Assembly: GCA_053919585.1 (NCBI GenBank)
Contig: CM132789.1
Reading direction: 5' to 3' (one strand)
Source: Euprymna scolopes
Taxonomy: Eukaryota
Length of the DNA: 64,000 bases
Positions 1 through 13,140 of the stretch are shown here, one piece after another; position 1 is the first letter of the stretch; every line of letters starts with the position of its first letter. The notes below the pieces were generated by a model that was not told the origin of the DNA, searched no databases, and saw only the letters and a program-made list of their open reading frames with translations. The position numbers and the translations under genes were made by a program.

Positions 1-529
1 ATAATATTTAATTTTCTTAATTTTCAAATTGAACTTACGTAATAATGTTTTCAAAGATATGACGAACGTACTCTATTCAAAATTTGTGCCAACAAGGCAA
101 ATACATATCGATTAAGACTTCATACCAACAATTAACATCTCTCCACAAGAGGCTGACCCCTCAGCAACTACAAAATCAAAAGAAAAAAACCCAATAAGTT
201 TTCTTGTATGAATAAATTGTTTTAATCATCAAAAAAAAAAAAAAAAAAAATTATAAATAGTATTTGATTTTCTAAATTTTCAAATGAAACAATAAGAGCT
301 GACTTTCTTAGGATTTGGAAAGGAAGAGAGTCAGATATGTGAATGTATAAAATAGTTGTTTACTTTGTCTTTCTTTGAACTTCATCAATGTTGATGGGTT
401 TTTTTTTTCTGCAACGTTTCAGTCGATGTGCTCTCTGCCTTCTTCAGATACATCGTTTATTTACCATTTTTCTTGTATTCAAATAAAGTAACGTTTCCTG
501 AACGGGTTATAACTCTAAACACTTTCTTA

Positions 530-960
530 CACCCGCTCTATCTCTACAAATTTACTATCAGAACATGTATGGAGTATTGTTGTCATATTTGGGCTGGGGA
601 ATCTCTGTCTCATTTAGAGGTTATTGATAAGATGCAGAAACGTACCTGTAATTCCCCCCCCCTCACACACGCACACACACTTTCTTTTTCACTGCAACCT
701 CTCTCACAGACGTGATGTTGCTAGTCTCGGTCTTTTCTATAAATATTATCATGGCATGTTCAGAATTATCTTATCTATTCCCAGCTTCCTTTGTTCCAGC
801 TCGTTTGACTCGTTAGTCTAGTTGTCTCTATTACATCAGTTTTGATACCTCATTGTAATACTGCTTCCTATTCCAGTAGCTTCTTTCCATAGGCTTGAGG
901 AACTTTCGTCCTGTTAACTGTTTTCCTCCTAAATGATTTTCATTAAAAAACACTTGTTGC
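530..960 (+). mobile_element. Decayed 3' fragment of a CR1/L2-group LINE
   Basis: Frames read LYKFTIRTCMEYCCHIWAG and LSHRRDVASLGLFYKYYHG, the same C-terminal motifs as the longer LINE copies in the window; frameshifted. Confidence 0.8.
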
Positions 961-1539
961 TACATTACTTCTGTCTCTTAATGCTTCTTATGTGCTTAAA
1001 TCTAATAAATTGTAAAATAAAATACAAACAAAAATAAAATGTTTTCAAAATTTTTTAGATAAGAAATTATTATTGAGATTATTTAAAGATGAACTGATAT
1101 CCTTATCTTGATTGTTATTGTCACAATATATCCATAATGGCTTTGCTGTTATACTGGCTGATTAATTTCATTGAAATGTAAGAAAGCTTTCTTTGGATCT
1201 GAGAATAGACAGACACATAAATCAATAAAAGATCCCATTTGAAATTCTAATGAGGTCATCTAGTACAACTGGTGTCAATTGTGTTGCTGGGGTCATAAGA
1301 TCAAACTGTTTTCTATTGGGAAAGCACTTTGAATTTATTTATCACAAGAAATTTCAGTTGAGATTAAATATTAAAAATTGTTGGAGTTTAGAAACTCTTA
1401 TAGGACTAATTCCATAATCATATCACTACGGTTTATGTCATGAGTCGTCTTTCTTTAATGAAGTGGAACTGCTAGTGTTTACATAACCAAGACTGTAAGT
1501 TTGAACAGAAAAGCTTGTGTGACACTTAGGGGTCAGAAG

Positions 1540-4500
1540 TAGTGGTGGGACGATTAATCGGAATCGTTAATCGTAAGAATCGTGTATTTTGGGAGGCATC
1601 GGAATCGCATCATTAAAAAATACCTTAATTTTCCGATTCCTTCATTACGATTCTTTTAGTCTGATGTTGAAAAAAAGAAAAAAAATTCCTGATATTTCTA
1701 ACTGCAAGAGAGAAATGTAGCATGTTATACAAAGAAACCAAAGAAATTCATTATTAACAGGGCAATGCTTAGTGCCCCCTCCCTTACAAGGTTCATTCAT
1801 TCAGATCTATTGTGATCAAAACTACAAAAGAGTTAACTTGAAAAGAAGTATGCAGGGCTCTACATTGCGAGTAAAAATTAAAAAAAAAAAACGCTTATCT
1901 TTTTGGCGACTGTTTTTTTTACTGACAAATCTTCTAATAGTGAATGAAAATGCTTTTTCAATTTATATTTTCTTAAAACGAGCAAAGTCAAATTATTTAA
2001 ACAGTAAAAGGTTTAATAGAACAATATACTTTTTTTTCTTTTTTTAAAAGAAGGCTTTTGAAAGAAATATCTCTAAAATGAAATTGATCACGTTGTATTA
2101 TTTCGCAAAATTTGGACAGTAGTTGGCTTCTTTTGAAGTTTCAAAAAAACCAACCCCATACCTATCTCTTCCAAGCATAAAGTTATTAAATAACCCCTTC
2201 GTTAATTTAAGGGTAATTAATTCAATTCAGTCAAGTTGTTTTTTTTTTAATTTCATTGAAATAAAATCCATTTTTTAAATTTTTTTCTCCAGAAAGATAA
2301 AACCCTGAATTTGATTATATTAAAAGCAGAATAATATAATCTTTTTTCTGGAATTTTAAATTGAAAATTAAAAAAAAAGTGTTTGACGCAGTTTTTTGCC
2401 GAATGAAAAAGAAATTAATATATATTTTTTAAAAGGTGTTGTAATCAATTAATTTTTATGTCTAAATAATATTTACGATTAATTAAATAATTTCATTTTA
2501 AAAAGTATTTATAAATAGAATTTTACTTAAGACTTATAGTTTAGCAATATTGAACCGCATCCACCATGTGTGAATTGAACACAGTCAACCAAAAAAAAAA
2601 AAATTCAAAAGAAATGCATATTTGCATTTCATTATGTAAACTTTTATACATTGGTTTCAAAAATTAAATTCTATAAGTTTTTTTTTTTTTTGTTAACTAC
2701 TGGTTGGTACAATTTACCGCTCCATCCCTTTATATTTTTTTCTTTTTGTCTTTTTTAGCGGATTATTTTCAATTAATTATCCAAATAAGTGACTAGCTTT
2801 AAAACAAAATTTAATAGTAATTTATTTGTTTACAGATAAACTGAATTTTCTAATATGGCCTCAAAGTCCAAAAAAAGTCTTGCATGGAAACTTTTTGAAG
2901 TTGATGAAGATTATGAGTTGAAAGCCATTTGCAAAGTCTGTCAAATTAAAATATCGTGAGGAACAAAACCATCTAACATGACCACAACCAACATGTTAAA
3001 ACATTTAACTATGAAGCATCCAAATGAATTGGAGGAGCAAAATAAAAAAGAAAAGGAACAAAAAATTACCAACTAGTCACTCAGAGCAGTTTTATTAGTG
3101 AGGGTTGAAATCGCAGTGTCTTTTTTTTTTTTGCCTAAGTCACCAATTTTTTTAACCTTCCTTAACTTCAAAGAGTAAATACAATATATACAACTAAAAA
3201 AATTATTTTTAAAAATGCTGATTCTATTCATGAAAAATTCTTTTAACTAGAAATTAAAACTTAGGTAAAGATAGCTGACTGACAGCAATAGGAGCACTGG
3301 TTAACTACTGAACCACATGGAAAGGTGTGGGGGAGGAAAAAAGGAAATTAAAGGATGATAATAAATTATGATAACCGTCTTTGAAAGGCACTAAACTCCT
3401 AAAATTTACTTCTTTAAAATTTTAGGCAGCATTCCCTGGCGATTTTAAAGCACTCTCTCTCCAAAAAAAAAAAAAAAAAGATTTAATTTTTAAGTTTGGG
3501 AAAGATATATTTATTATAACCGAAATCCTGTATGAAGACTGGATCTTCTTTATTGGACGTTAATTTGTGAGATAAGTAATTTTTCAATGTTTAATGTTTT
3601 TAAAGTTTCAATTATCAATTAAATTTTTTTAATTGCGTTTTTTTTTTCAATTTATTTATAAAAAAACAAACAGGGTTTAAAATGCATTTTTCAAGGTAAC
3701 AAGCTTCGAAATAAGTCTAATTAAAAAAAATCACTTAATTTTTAATTTCGACAACCCTGAGAATTTAATTATTAAAAAAATATTGAAATGTGACATTTTT
3801 TTTATTTAACATTTCTATTAGTTCAATTAATTTTCTTTCAATAATTCATTTCACTCAACAAACTTCACCATTTTTTGTTTTGTTTTATCTTTTTATGTAA
3901 TTTTGGTAACTATTTTTGCTCAATTTTATCTAGTATTTCATTTGTTTTTTATAGTGGTATCATTTTTATATATGTTCCTTTGACATACCCTATTTCAAAA
4001 TTAGTTTGGCTAAAGTTATTCTTCACATTAGAAACAACGTGTAAAAGTAATGAAAAAGTAAGAAAAAACAATAGGTGTTAACTACTCCTTGTGAATTATG
4101 GAGGTCTGAAGAACTGCCGTCACAAATACAACTATCAATAGCCAAACAAAAAATCGTTTTTGAAATTCCTTTACTTGTAAGTTTTCGCTATACCTACCTT
4201 TTGGTATAAAACACAAAAACTTTCGATTAATGGTATTTCTCAAATATGGTCGTTAACTTTGGAAGGGTTATTTTGTATCTATAGCGCTATGTCACGTGGT
4301 ATATTGTTTTTTTCATTACGCACGTTCATTTATAAATTATTAAATTAAATATTTATCTTTTTTTATTTTTAATTAGTATATATTTTCTTTCTCTTCCGCT
4401 ATATTTTTTTTATTTAATTCATTAAATCTGTAAATTATGAGGACCAAAATAATGAATCGTGTTAATTTATTCTCTAATTTTCTTGTTTTTGTTCTGTTAT

Positions 4501-4861
4501 ATAAATTCTATTTTATTTGTTTTTGCTCTGAAGGATAAATTCTATTTTCTTTGTTTTTTTTCTGTATTCCAATTAAGTAAAATAAATTTTCTCTAAAATA
4601 AATTTTGCTAATTTTTCCGTTTAGTTTACTATATAATAATTTTATTTAAACCAAAACACGACGGTGTAGACATAAAATATCTCTTCCAAAATTAGGGAAC
4701 ATATTTGGGAACTAACGACCATAAGTATAAAACTACCTGGTATATTTCAAAACAATAATTCCCTAGGAATCGGAATCGGAATAGTACTTGGTATCGGAAT
4801 CGTTAATCAATATTTTCCTGGAATCGGAATCGTATAAAAATTAGGAATCGTCCCAACACTA
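1540..4861 (+). mobile_element. Non-autonomous hAT-superfamily DNA transposon (~3.3 kb)
   Basis: 16-bp TIRs TAGTGGTGGGACGATT / AATCGTCCCAACACTA (1 mismatch); perfect 8-bp TSD GTCAGAAG at 1532-1539 and 4862-4869; clustered GAATCG subterminal motifs at both ends; internal BED-finger remnant. Confidence 0.92.
2855..3076 (+). pseudogene. BED zinc-finger N-terminus of a hAT transposase (disrupted; catalytic domain absent)
   Basis: MASKSKKSLAWKLFEVDEDYELKAICKVCQIKIS*GTKPSNMTTTNMLKHLTMKHP shows the W-x2-F, C-x2-C and H-x4-H BED signature. In-frame TGA at 2957-2959 is probably a CGA>TGA change. Confidence 0.8.
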
Positions 4862-6204
4862 GTCAGAAGTGACCTCAGAAACGGAAGTTGGTGAAATCAT
4901 GTAACTTAATTTTCGCTCTTTCTTGGAGACATTTCAAGCAGAAAAGACGTGAAAATAGTCACTCTCTAATTTATCCCGATTTAGGGGAGGAGAGGGCGCA
5001 CAACATAATCGAATGAATGCATGGCACATCTGACTTATATAATCTTTCTCTTGCACATGCATGCAACTAACCTGTTGCTAAAGTGTTGATCTCTCTTTCA
5101 CTGGTTTTCTTTGATTTTCTGTGATTGATTCTTGCTGTTCAAAAAATTTATACACAAAACTGAATTGCGACTTTCATGTAAGATATTTGGGATGTCGAGA
5201 CGAACTTGGGTTCAAAACAATCACATTGTAAGCATTATTTTCATGTTTCAGAATTGGTGTTTATCTCTACAGAGACTTAAGATATGAATCTATTCTATTT
5301 CATCCATGGGAAGGGATAAGAGAAGTCAATCGATGTCTTTTCTAAGGGAATTAGTGCATGTCTTGGTTGAACTTGAACATGACATGCCCACCTATCAGGC
5401 TATATTAATAAACATTAAACCACCAACACGTCAAAGCATGAATGTAATATGATATTCAATTGAATAATTTTTACGACAAGTCCTTTCATTTATTTGTTAT
5501 GAATTGAATATTTATCTACTCAAAGTTTTATTTACACTACAACATAAGCACTTGTAATTGTAGTGGCTATCATCCTGGTCAAATTGAGCCTGCTACCTCC
5601 TGAGCACGAACTACATTTCAAATCATTGGAGTCCAGTTTTGATGATCCTGGGCCAGGTCGCAGGAAATGGCTAGCCACTCCAGATTCCAGCACTGGAGAC
5701 CAATTACTAGTGGACCCGATAGTATCGCCAGGTCGTCCCTAAGTGTTGTTTCCCAGGTCTCCAGCTGCTCACTGACACATTTGTGTCATACTGGTAGAGA
5801 GGGGAGAAGAGATGATCTTGCAAATGAGCTCTCCTTCTGATTGATGAGCTGCATGTTTAAACCATCGGAAACGTCATTGAAGAAAGGTGTACAATCGGGA
5901 GTGTAAGTTTAGTCTTTGGCAGAAAGTAGAAGCAATATATATCCTTTAATTCTCTCATATCATCACATCGTCGAAATAACAAATGCAACGTATTTATGAT
6001 TCTTCTGTAATTTATTCGCAACGCAAGGATCCGTGGCATAGTGGATAAAGTATCAATTGCTCCAACAAATCTGAACTGATTTATTTATTGTGTAAAACAT
6101 ATGTAACTTAGAAATGAATTTCAGAATTTTTTATACAAAAATTGATTTTTCGTATTATTTGGATTATTCAGACTACTGTTCTTATTTTGAGTGTTATTTT
6201 TGCA

Positions 6205-6530
6205 AGAACCCATGGTGTAGTGGATAAAGTACTTGGTAAAATTCAGTTGTACAGTTGCACTCTTCTGGAGGTTGAAGGTTCAATCTTCAGTGCAGGTCAT
6301 ATTAAAAATATAATTGCAAATTATTTAGGACTTCTATCCAATTATGGCTGATGGAACGAGAGCATGCTACCCCTTTGGATTAAATAAAGGATTCTGTTCA
6401 AAATTCTTCCTGATTTCGACAAGATAGACCTGCAAAAGGTCAGAGGTTACATCGATTGAAATGTTGTGAAAATAACACCTAAGATGAGAACAGTAGTTTT
6501 AAGAATCCAAATAATATAAATAATTGATTT
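6205..6530 (+). mobile_element. tRNA/Pol III-headed SINE-like element (family S1) with Penelope-type tail
   Basis: A-box TGGTGTAGTGG and B-box GGTTCAATC. Body and tail are collinear with copies at 21590-21930 (+) and 59380-59600 (-). A head-only fragment sits at 6028-6053. Confidence 0.7.
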
Positions 6531-7199
6531 ATTTTAGATAATGAGTCATTGCTTATCAAGACCAAAAGCCATTCGAGGATACGGTTTAAAAAGATATATA
6601 TATGGAGTGCCTGTTGAAACGCTGAAGACAAGCATTTATTAACATTGGATTTAAAGATAACTATGTTGTAATCTATAGGGAAGCAGTTACATGATGATGT
6701 GTTCCATAGATAGGAAGTTCTTCATTGAAAATCCATTTGATATTACTCACGGAGGAAGAAAGGAAAGTTCTTTGCAGTTGTAGTAGAAGGACGTGTTCTT
6801 TCTGTGAATGTAATTATTTGTGTGAGCTTTAGATCAGTGTTGAATAAAGAAAAGTGTGAAAAAGACACAATTTTCATCATTTATATGTGTAGATTTATTC
6901 GTCTATTGTGAACTTGTGGTTTAGATATTCGTCAAAGCACTGACGTTGGTGAACACTGATATAAATAAGTCACTGGCTAATAAAGAAGAATTGATAAAAA
7001 ACACCAAAGAAAAAATCTGGACACGCACATACTTCAAAGCACTGTCACATGACCATTTTAAAATTATCGCTAAATTATTAAAACTATCAGCCAACGTCTT
7101 GTGTGAGTGTATGTGTGTGTGTGTGCCTGTTTCTCATCTATATGTAACTTAGATGAATGCACATGGGAGTTTTTTTGTTTTATTTAAAACAAAAAAAAA

Positions 7200-7482
7200 A
7201 ACGGTTAGATCTGATGACCTCAGAGGGGGTTAATTTTACAGTACAAAAAAAAAAGAATGGATGACAGTGTTGGGCTTAGTAGACATGGAAAGTTGAATTA
7301 GCAGGGAAAGGCCAAGGAATTCATGGGAGGAAGTGATATGGATGACTTTGAGAGAAAAAAGAATGAATAAAATCTGGCGACAGATAGGTTAGTTTAGAAG
7401 TCAGTTTCTATAAGCTGTCAAACACAGCATGTAAAACGGATGTTAAATTGATGATGATGACGACGATGATGATGATGATGAT
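7200..7482 (+). mobile_element. Decayed RTE-like LINE 3' end with (GAT)n tail
   Basis: Shares AGATCTGATGACCTCAGAGG with the 34440-34950 copy; GRPR-like coding remnant; ends in a (GAT)n tail. Confidence 0.55.
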
Positions 7483-8164
7483 TTACTATTTGAATATTTA
7501 TTGAAATCATCAATAAAAAAAAAACTAAAGCGAATTAAAATAAAAAAATCTCTTGAAAAAAAAAATTGTGAACATGTCTATATTTTCAAATTTTTTTTTC
7601 TAAACCTCTCACCTGGACGATATACAAATATAAATAATTTAGTGCAGTTGTCTGTTTCTCTCATTGTTTTATTTTACTTCAGTTGAAGTTCTCCGAAATC
7701 AAGGATCCCCAAATTCCTGGAGCTAACACTTTATTTATTATATTATTTCTACATAGATATTTGACTATTCCATTAAAGTTATTTTTTACCTCTCAAATAC
7801 TGAGTTGAAGAAGTTGGAAAGATAATTTCCCTCTCCCCAATTGACCATTGTAATAAGTTATAGTATAATTTTCTTGTGGTCTCTTGTAGACTCCAGGACA
7901 AGTATTGCCTCTGTCTGGTGGAGTATACAGCTTCATCCTCTGACTTGAGATAACATCACTTAGAGAAAGTGCACCATTCCTCATAAAAGCCAGTGTGAGT
8001 TAGTCATACCAAAGAGATCTTTTTGGGCTAGGAATACTATATGATTTGGAATATTTAATCAGAGTTTACTTGGAGAAAAAAGTATCCTCATACCAGGTTT
8101 TCTTGACTAATCCTGTGCAGAGAGACCTTAGACACCCGAGGACAGTGTCTAGTAGGCATTCAAG

Positions 8165-8600
8165 TTTCTCCGTGTCTATGTGTGTTTGTATGTCCAGTTC
8201 AAAGTAAAAAAATAACTACAAAACAAACACACACAAAGTTGATATATTCTTGATCGGCATTGCTCTGGATAATTAATATCTAAAATTGGAAAATAATTCA
8301 TACTTTGGAAGTAAACTGGATCATGAAATGTCGCGGGGATGGGGGATTGTTTCAGCCATTTTTAATGTTATCTATTGTATAAAAGATGTAAATTACTTCA
8401 TTTTTATTATTTTGAATATATTAAAACAAGGGAAAGAGGATTGGTCTGGACAGGGGTAAATAAGAGGATGCGGATGTGGCAAAACAGGAAGAGAGAGAGG
8501 GGTAAAGAGAAGTTTTTATGTAATGATGTTGCACACACTGTTTAATCGCTTCTACTTTTTTATTTTTTTAACTCCGAGCAATGCCTGGTATCTTTGTAAG
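8165..8600 (+). mobile_element. Decayed non-autonomous Helitron-like element
   Basis: GT-rich 5' microsatellite-like start; 3' end CCGAGCAATGCCTGGTATCTTTGTAAG resembles the hairpin+CTAG end at 28487-28514. Confidence 0.4.
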
Positions 8601-10589
8601 AACTTTAAAGATTGAATTTTTCAAATATTCATTTTCTGTTCTTAAACATTTTTAAAATAACTTAAAAGACATTATGTGATTGAACTTTGTAAATATTTTC
8701 ATTTAAAACAAAAAAAAGGAAAGAAATTAAAATGACTCTTTAGAGTTCGCATGAAAGCTATCTTAATCTCGTAATTTAAATGCAATATTTATTCATTTAT
8801 TTTTCTTATTTTCATTTTTAAAAATAGAACACTGTGCCTATCTCACAATAGCTGGTCAAAACATTGTATATCAAACTTTTCTATTTATATTTTTTCTTTC
8901 ATCTAAAATCATTCAAAACTTGTTTTCTATAATAATGTATACAGGTAGGTAGCTTCACCTTTGTATACTTATAACCCCCCTCCCACCTAGTGATTTTTAA
9001 AAGCACCTAAAATTAATTACCTCTTTATCTAGTTCACCTGCACAGGTAAACTGTAAACACTTCATTCACTATTCCTACTTATGGATTTGTCTGTAGGTAA
9101 AAATGCCTTTTGTATATTGTCGTCATGTGTAGTGTAGCCTCGCGCACCCACACAAACATTAAGCATTTGGGTCAGAGAAAAAGAACTGAAGAAAAAAAAA
9201 GAAAAAAAAAGTAACTATTTGCGGCCATTTTTAAATGTAACTGCTGTAGCTTGTTTAAATATGGCTACTAACGGTTTCTGAGAAATAAGGAAATGATCCT
9301 TTGGGATCACTAAAAATAACCCTTTGATATTATGCAGAGAAAATTTATTCAATCACGAATTGTTTTATTTTTTTCCTCCCTTTTTTTAGTTGAACAGCAG
9401 GGTTACTTGGCGTTGCACAGGGGTATGGATAAGAAAATAGAAAAGTTTAAAAAATTGTATAACATTTGCCTTTAAAAACATTTTTTCTCTCTCTTTCTCC
9501 CACCCCCCTTCTCTCTTACTCTCTATCATTCTTTCTACTTCTCATTTTATTCCTATTTCTCTCTCATTCTCTCGATCCTCTTCTCTTTCTCAGGCAATTG
9601 GTTCAATATAATAAAAAGAAAAAAAAGGAATCTTATTTTTAGTGTTTATTAATATATTTTGATTAGTTTTATGATTTCTTATATATATATATACACATAG
9701 ACAGATAGATAGATAAATAGATATAGTGATCTTGCTTGTGTGTGTGCAAAACGTTCTCTACCAAACTCTTCTCTCAATTTTTAGTCTACAGACTTGAAAC
9801 TTTATATATAGGAGACTTGGATCTGTGGAACAAATTCAGTTAGTTTTTAGCCAGTAAAAATAGCTGCTAGTATGTCCAAATTAAAAAAAAAATTGTCCTT
9901 CACTGGAGTAAGTCGATTAAATGTGTAACTTCTATGCATATGCAAATAGACATTTATATGTTGAAGTTGCTTAATTTTTAATGTTTTTTATCCATCTGTC
10001 AAGGGTTCAAATGGTAATGACTAAGGTTGGAGCATTAAATATTTTCATTTCGATTCTGACTAATAACACCAAAGTCAGTTTTTTTGTTTTTTTTTAAAAC
10101 TTTCTTTAACGTTACTGGAATGGGTAATATTGGGTACAATATAATAATCAATAGAGATTTGTATCAATAATAATAGAAAATACAAAATCTGCATAATTTA
10201 AAATATCATATTTTAATAGCCGGATGGCTATCTGATATCTTTGATTTACATTTTATTCAATTCGTCTTGAACTGTAAAGTTTAAAAATCATGCAAATCAT
10301 AGGTAAGAGGAGGGGGTTGTATCGTCCCTCAACCATCAAAATAAATGTAAACTCACCTGCTGATTATGAATATGTTATTAGTTTTGCAAAGATGCATACA
10401 TATACACCTTTGCTGCATATGTATACATATTAGCTGTACCTAAAGGATGCAGTGAAGTCATTTCAATTTTTAATTTTTGTTTGCACATTCTCCAATTGGC
10501 AAGGTGCTGTGTTTGAATTTGAAAAAAAAAATTAATTCAAATAATTGTACGCATTTGTTGACAAATATCGTTTTTTCACATTAAATAAG

Positions 10590-10930
10590 ATACGATAGAT
10601 GTGTAACGTCAGTCTAAAAGACAGGCTTAGTTCTTCTGAACCCAGAAAAAAATTTAAATCTGTACAATAAAAGGTGTTGTGTGCAGAAGAGTAGACTGAT
10701 GGTATGGCCACATTGAAAGAATGATTGAGTTCTTGTGGAATAGTTGAGATAACAGATTCAGTTCACAGAAGTTCAAGGAAAACATGGAAGGAAGTGATAA
10801 AAATGAGCAAAGAGGAAAAAAATAAATACTTAGAGATAGGTTACTTTGAAAGTCAATTTCTTAAAACCGTCTAATACTCTAATACTAATGTTGGCATGTA
10901 CAATAGGTATTAAACTGAAGATTATCATAT
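10590..10930 (+). mobile_element. Decayed RTE-like LINE 3' fragment
   Basis: WYGHIERM and RKTWKEVI coding remnants; 3' UTR GTCAATTTCTTAAAACCGTC is shared with 34862-34882. Confidence 0.55.
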
Positions 10931-10939
10931 TTTACTCAC

Positions 10940-11250
10940 TAGGAGTTCTCACACAGGTCATCATCACATATTGCTCACTGGTAACAACCGATAGTGTTCC
11001 TTGAAGTCTGGGTTACAAGTTTCCCTAGATTTCCAGTACTCACTGTCTCTTTCCAAATGAATTTACCTTATCACAACAGCCATTTGCCATTGGCTTCTCG
11101 CCGGCAGTGACAATTGATTTTCACTGGAATTTGAGTGGCAATAAATCTTCTCAAGGTTTCAGTCTTCTTCGCACTCATTCAGTGGAGGTCTGGCTAGTGC
11201 TTTCTGACCTCCTTGATCTTCTCAATTATTTGGTGTGGTGCCTGTCAATG
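10940..11250 (-). mobile_element. Dispersed SINE-like repeat with R4/Dong-type 3' tail (copy 1)
   Basis: Collinear with 60150-60490 (GAGTTCTCACAC...GTGTTCC...AGTCTG...ATTTCCAGT...GAGGTCTGG...GGTGTGGTGC). Confidence 0.5.
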
Positions 11251-11689
11251 CCAACCTTGCACTACTGCTGCTACTAATACTACTACTACTTATTATTATT
11301 ATTATTATTATTATTATGTAGTAGTAGTAGTAGTAGTAGTAGTAGTAACAGTAATAAATGTTGCCTATTTTTATTGCAGTTTCACGAACAATCCAATAAT
11401 CAGAATTGTGTATATAAAAATGTTTATAAACGTTCAAAATTTTATACACTTTTGATTATTGGATGGTCCATGAAACTGCAGTAAATTGTTAAGATAAATC
11501 ATATTTATTATTTACTATTGTTATAAAACTTTTTTAAATGATATTGAATCATTTGATTGTGCAAGTTCTGCTTTCCATTCATCTCAATTACAATTTGGAG
11601 AAGTTTTTCATGTTCCACAACTATAGAGTTTTCTTTTTTTATATTAAAAAAGAGTTTTCTTGAAATACATAAAAATAAAAAATAAAAAT

Positions 11690-12299
11690 CTAACCACTGA
11701 TGCAATCCTTTATCTGTATAAGATAGAGTACTATTACCATATTAGGACAGGAGCTGCTCAAAGCATCTTATCCTGCCTTGACAGAGTTCAAAACTGACTT
11801 CATAGTCTAGTGGGTGACACACTTTCCTTTTACCTGCAACCTCTTTCTCACAGAAGAAACGTTACTAACCTGTCTTTGCTCTATCCTTATTTTCATGGCA
11901 AGTGCTCGTCTGAGCTCCACTCTATGGTCCTCCACTTTTTGTCAAACTTTCATAAAAAACAATTGTCTAGCTGGAGCCACTACCAATTTCCCTCACTGTG
12001 CTTAAACCTAAATGTAGATTCCATGAACAAAGCTTCTTTCTTAGATCCTCCCCCCCCATGGAACTCTGTTTCGTTTGCCTGCTTTCTGACTGACTACAAT
12101 ATGGTCATCTTCAAGTCCAATGTAAACCAGTTCTTGATCAGCCGTCCCCTTAAGTAATCCAATTCACCAAATTTTCACTACTAACGATTACTACGTTATT
12201 GTTCCAATGACTACTGTGCACTCATTAACCCTTATTCTTGAGTGGTCTCCAGGCCTTGATAAGAGGTGACTCCTTTGTAAAAAGAAAAAAAAAAAAAAA
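11690..12299 (+). mobile_element. 5'-truncated CR1/L2-group LINE, subfamily A, with poly(A) tail
   Basis: Reads LQPLSHRRNV...YFHGKCSSEL...FLISRPLK*. The 3' UTR CCTTAT...GAGTGG...GGCCTTGATAAG.GGTGAC is shared with the 17190 and 42847 copies. A-tail at 12279-12299. Confidence 0.85.
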
Positions 12300-12996
12300 C
12301 ACCACAAAATCAACGCTATCTATTTTACTAGCTGTTCCTAACTGACATTGCTTGGGAACAGTTAGATGCAAGGTTGGTTTTTTATATGAGGGAATCCAGC
12401 CCTCCCAGAATAAGCACTCTGGCTTGAGACAAAAATAAATAGATTTAGTCTAAAATAATTTATCCTTCACTAACTGAGGACAGAAAATATGAAATCTTGT
12501 ATCAAAACAGATATTACACTTTGTTCCTAGCCAGAAGGTCTAGAAATCTTTCCTTTCCTTTGCTTTAAATTTTTATAAACAATCTCCTTTATTTGATTTT
12601 TTTTTCATTTTTTTTTACCAAATTTTTTAAAGAGGATTTTTAAGTTAAATTTAATCATTACAATATTTTGTTATTGCATTATTAATTGAAGAAAATGTTT
12701 GAAAAAACAAATTTTGTTTATGTAATGTTGTTTTAATTTTTATTTCTAAAAAAAATGATTAAATATAAATAGTTTCCAAAACTTTCAATCTTTTGATAAA
12801 TTAGGTATTAATAAGGTAAGATTTTTTAAGTCAGAATTGACTTTCTATTTGACAGTTTAAATGCTTCTAAATTCCTTAAAATTTTTAAGTATCACAAAAT
12901 TATGACTCATATTTTTCATGATTAACAAAAGATTAAACTGACTCATTTATTTACAAATAAACCAAAATGTGTTAGGGTAGATTTCATTTCTTCAAT

Positions 12997-13140
12997 AAAT
13001 ATTTTAAAAATAGGATAATTTCTTAAATATTATTTTAAAAAATAGGATGATTTATTAAATATTATTTTAAAAATAAGATGATTTCTTAAATATTATTTTA
13101 AAAATAGGATAATTTCTTAAATATTATTTTTAAAAAATAG
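12997..13140. repeat. AT-rich minisatellite, ~31-bp unit, ~4.5 copies
   Basis: Unit AAATATTATTTTAAAAATAGGATAATTTCTT in tandem with minor variants. Confidence 0.85.

Noticed and set aside
4232-4737. Nested MITE with imperfect inverted ends inside the hAT element
   Set aside because: Only patchy complementarity and no TSD; boundaries cannot be fixed.
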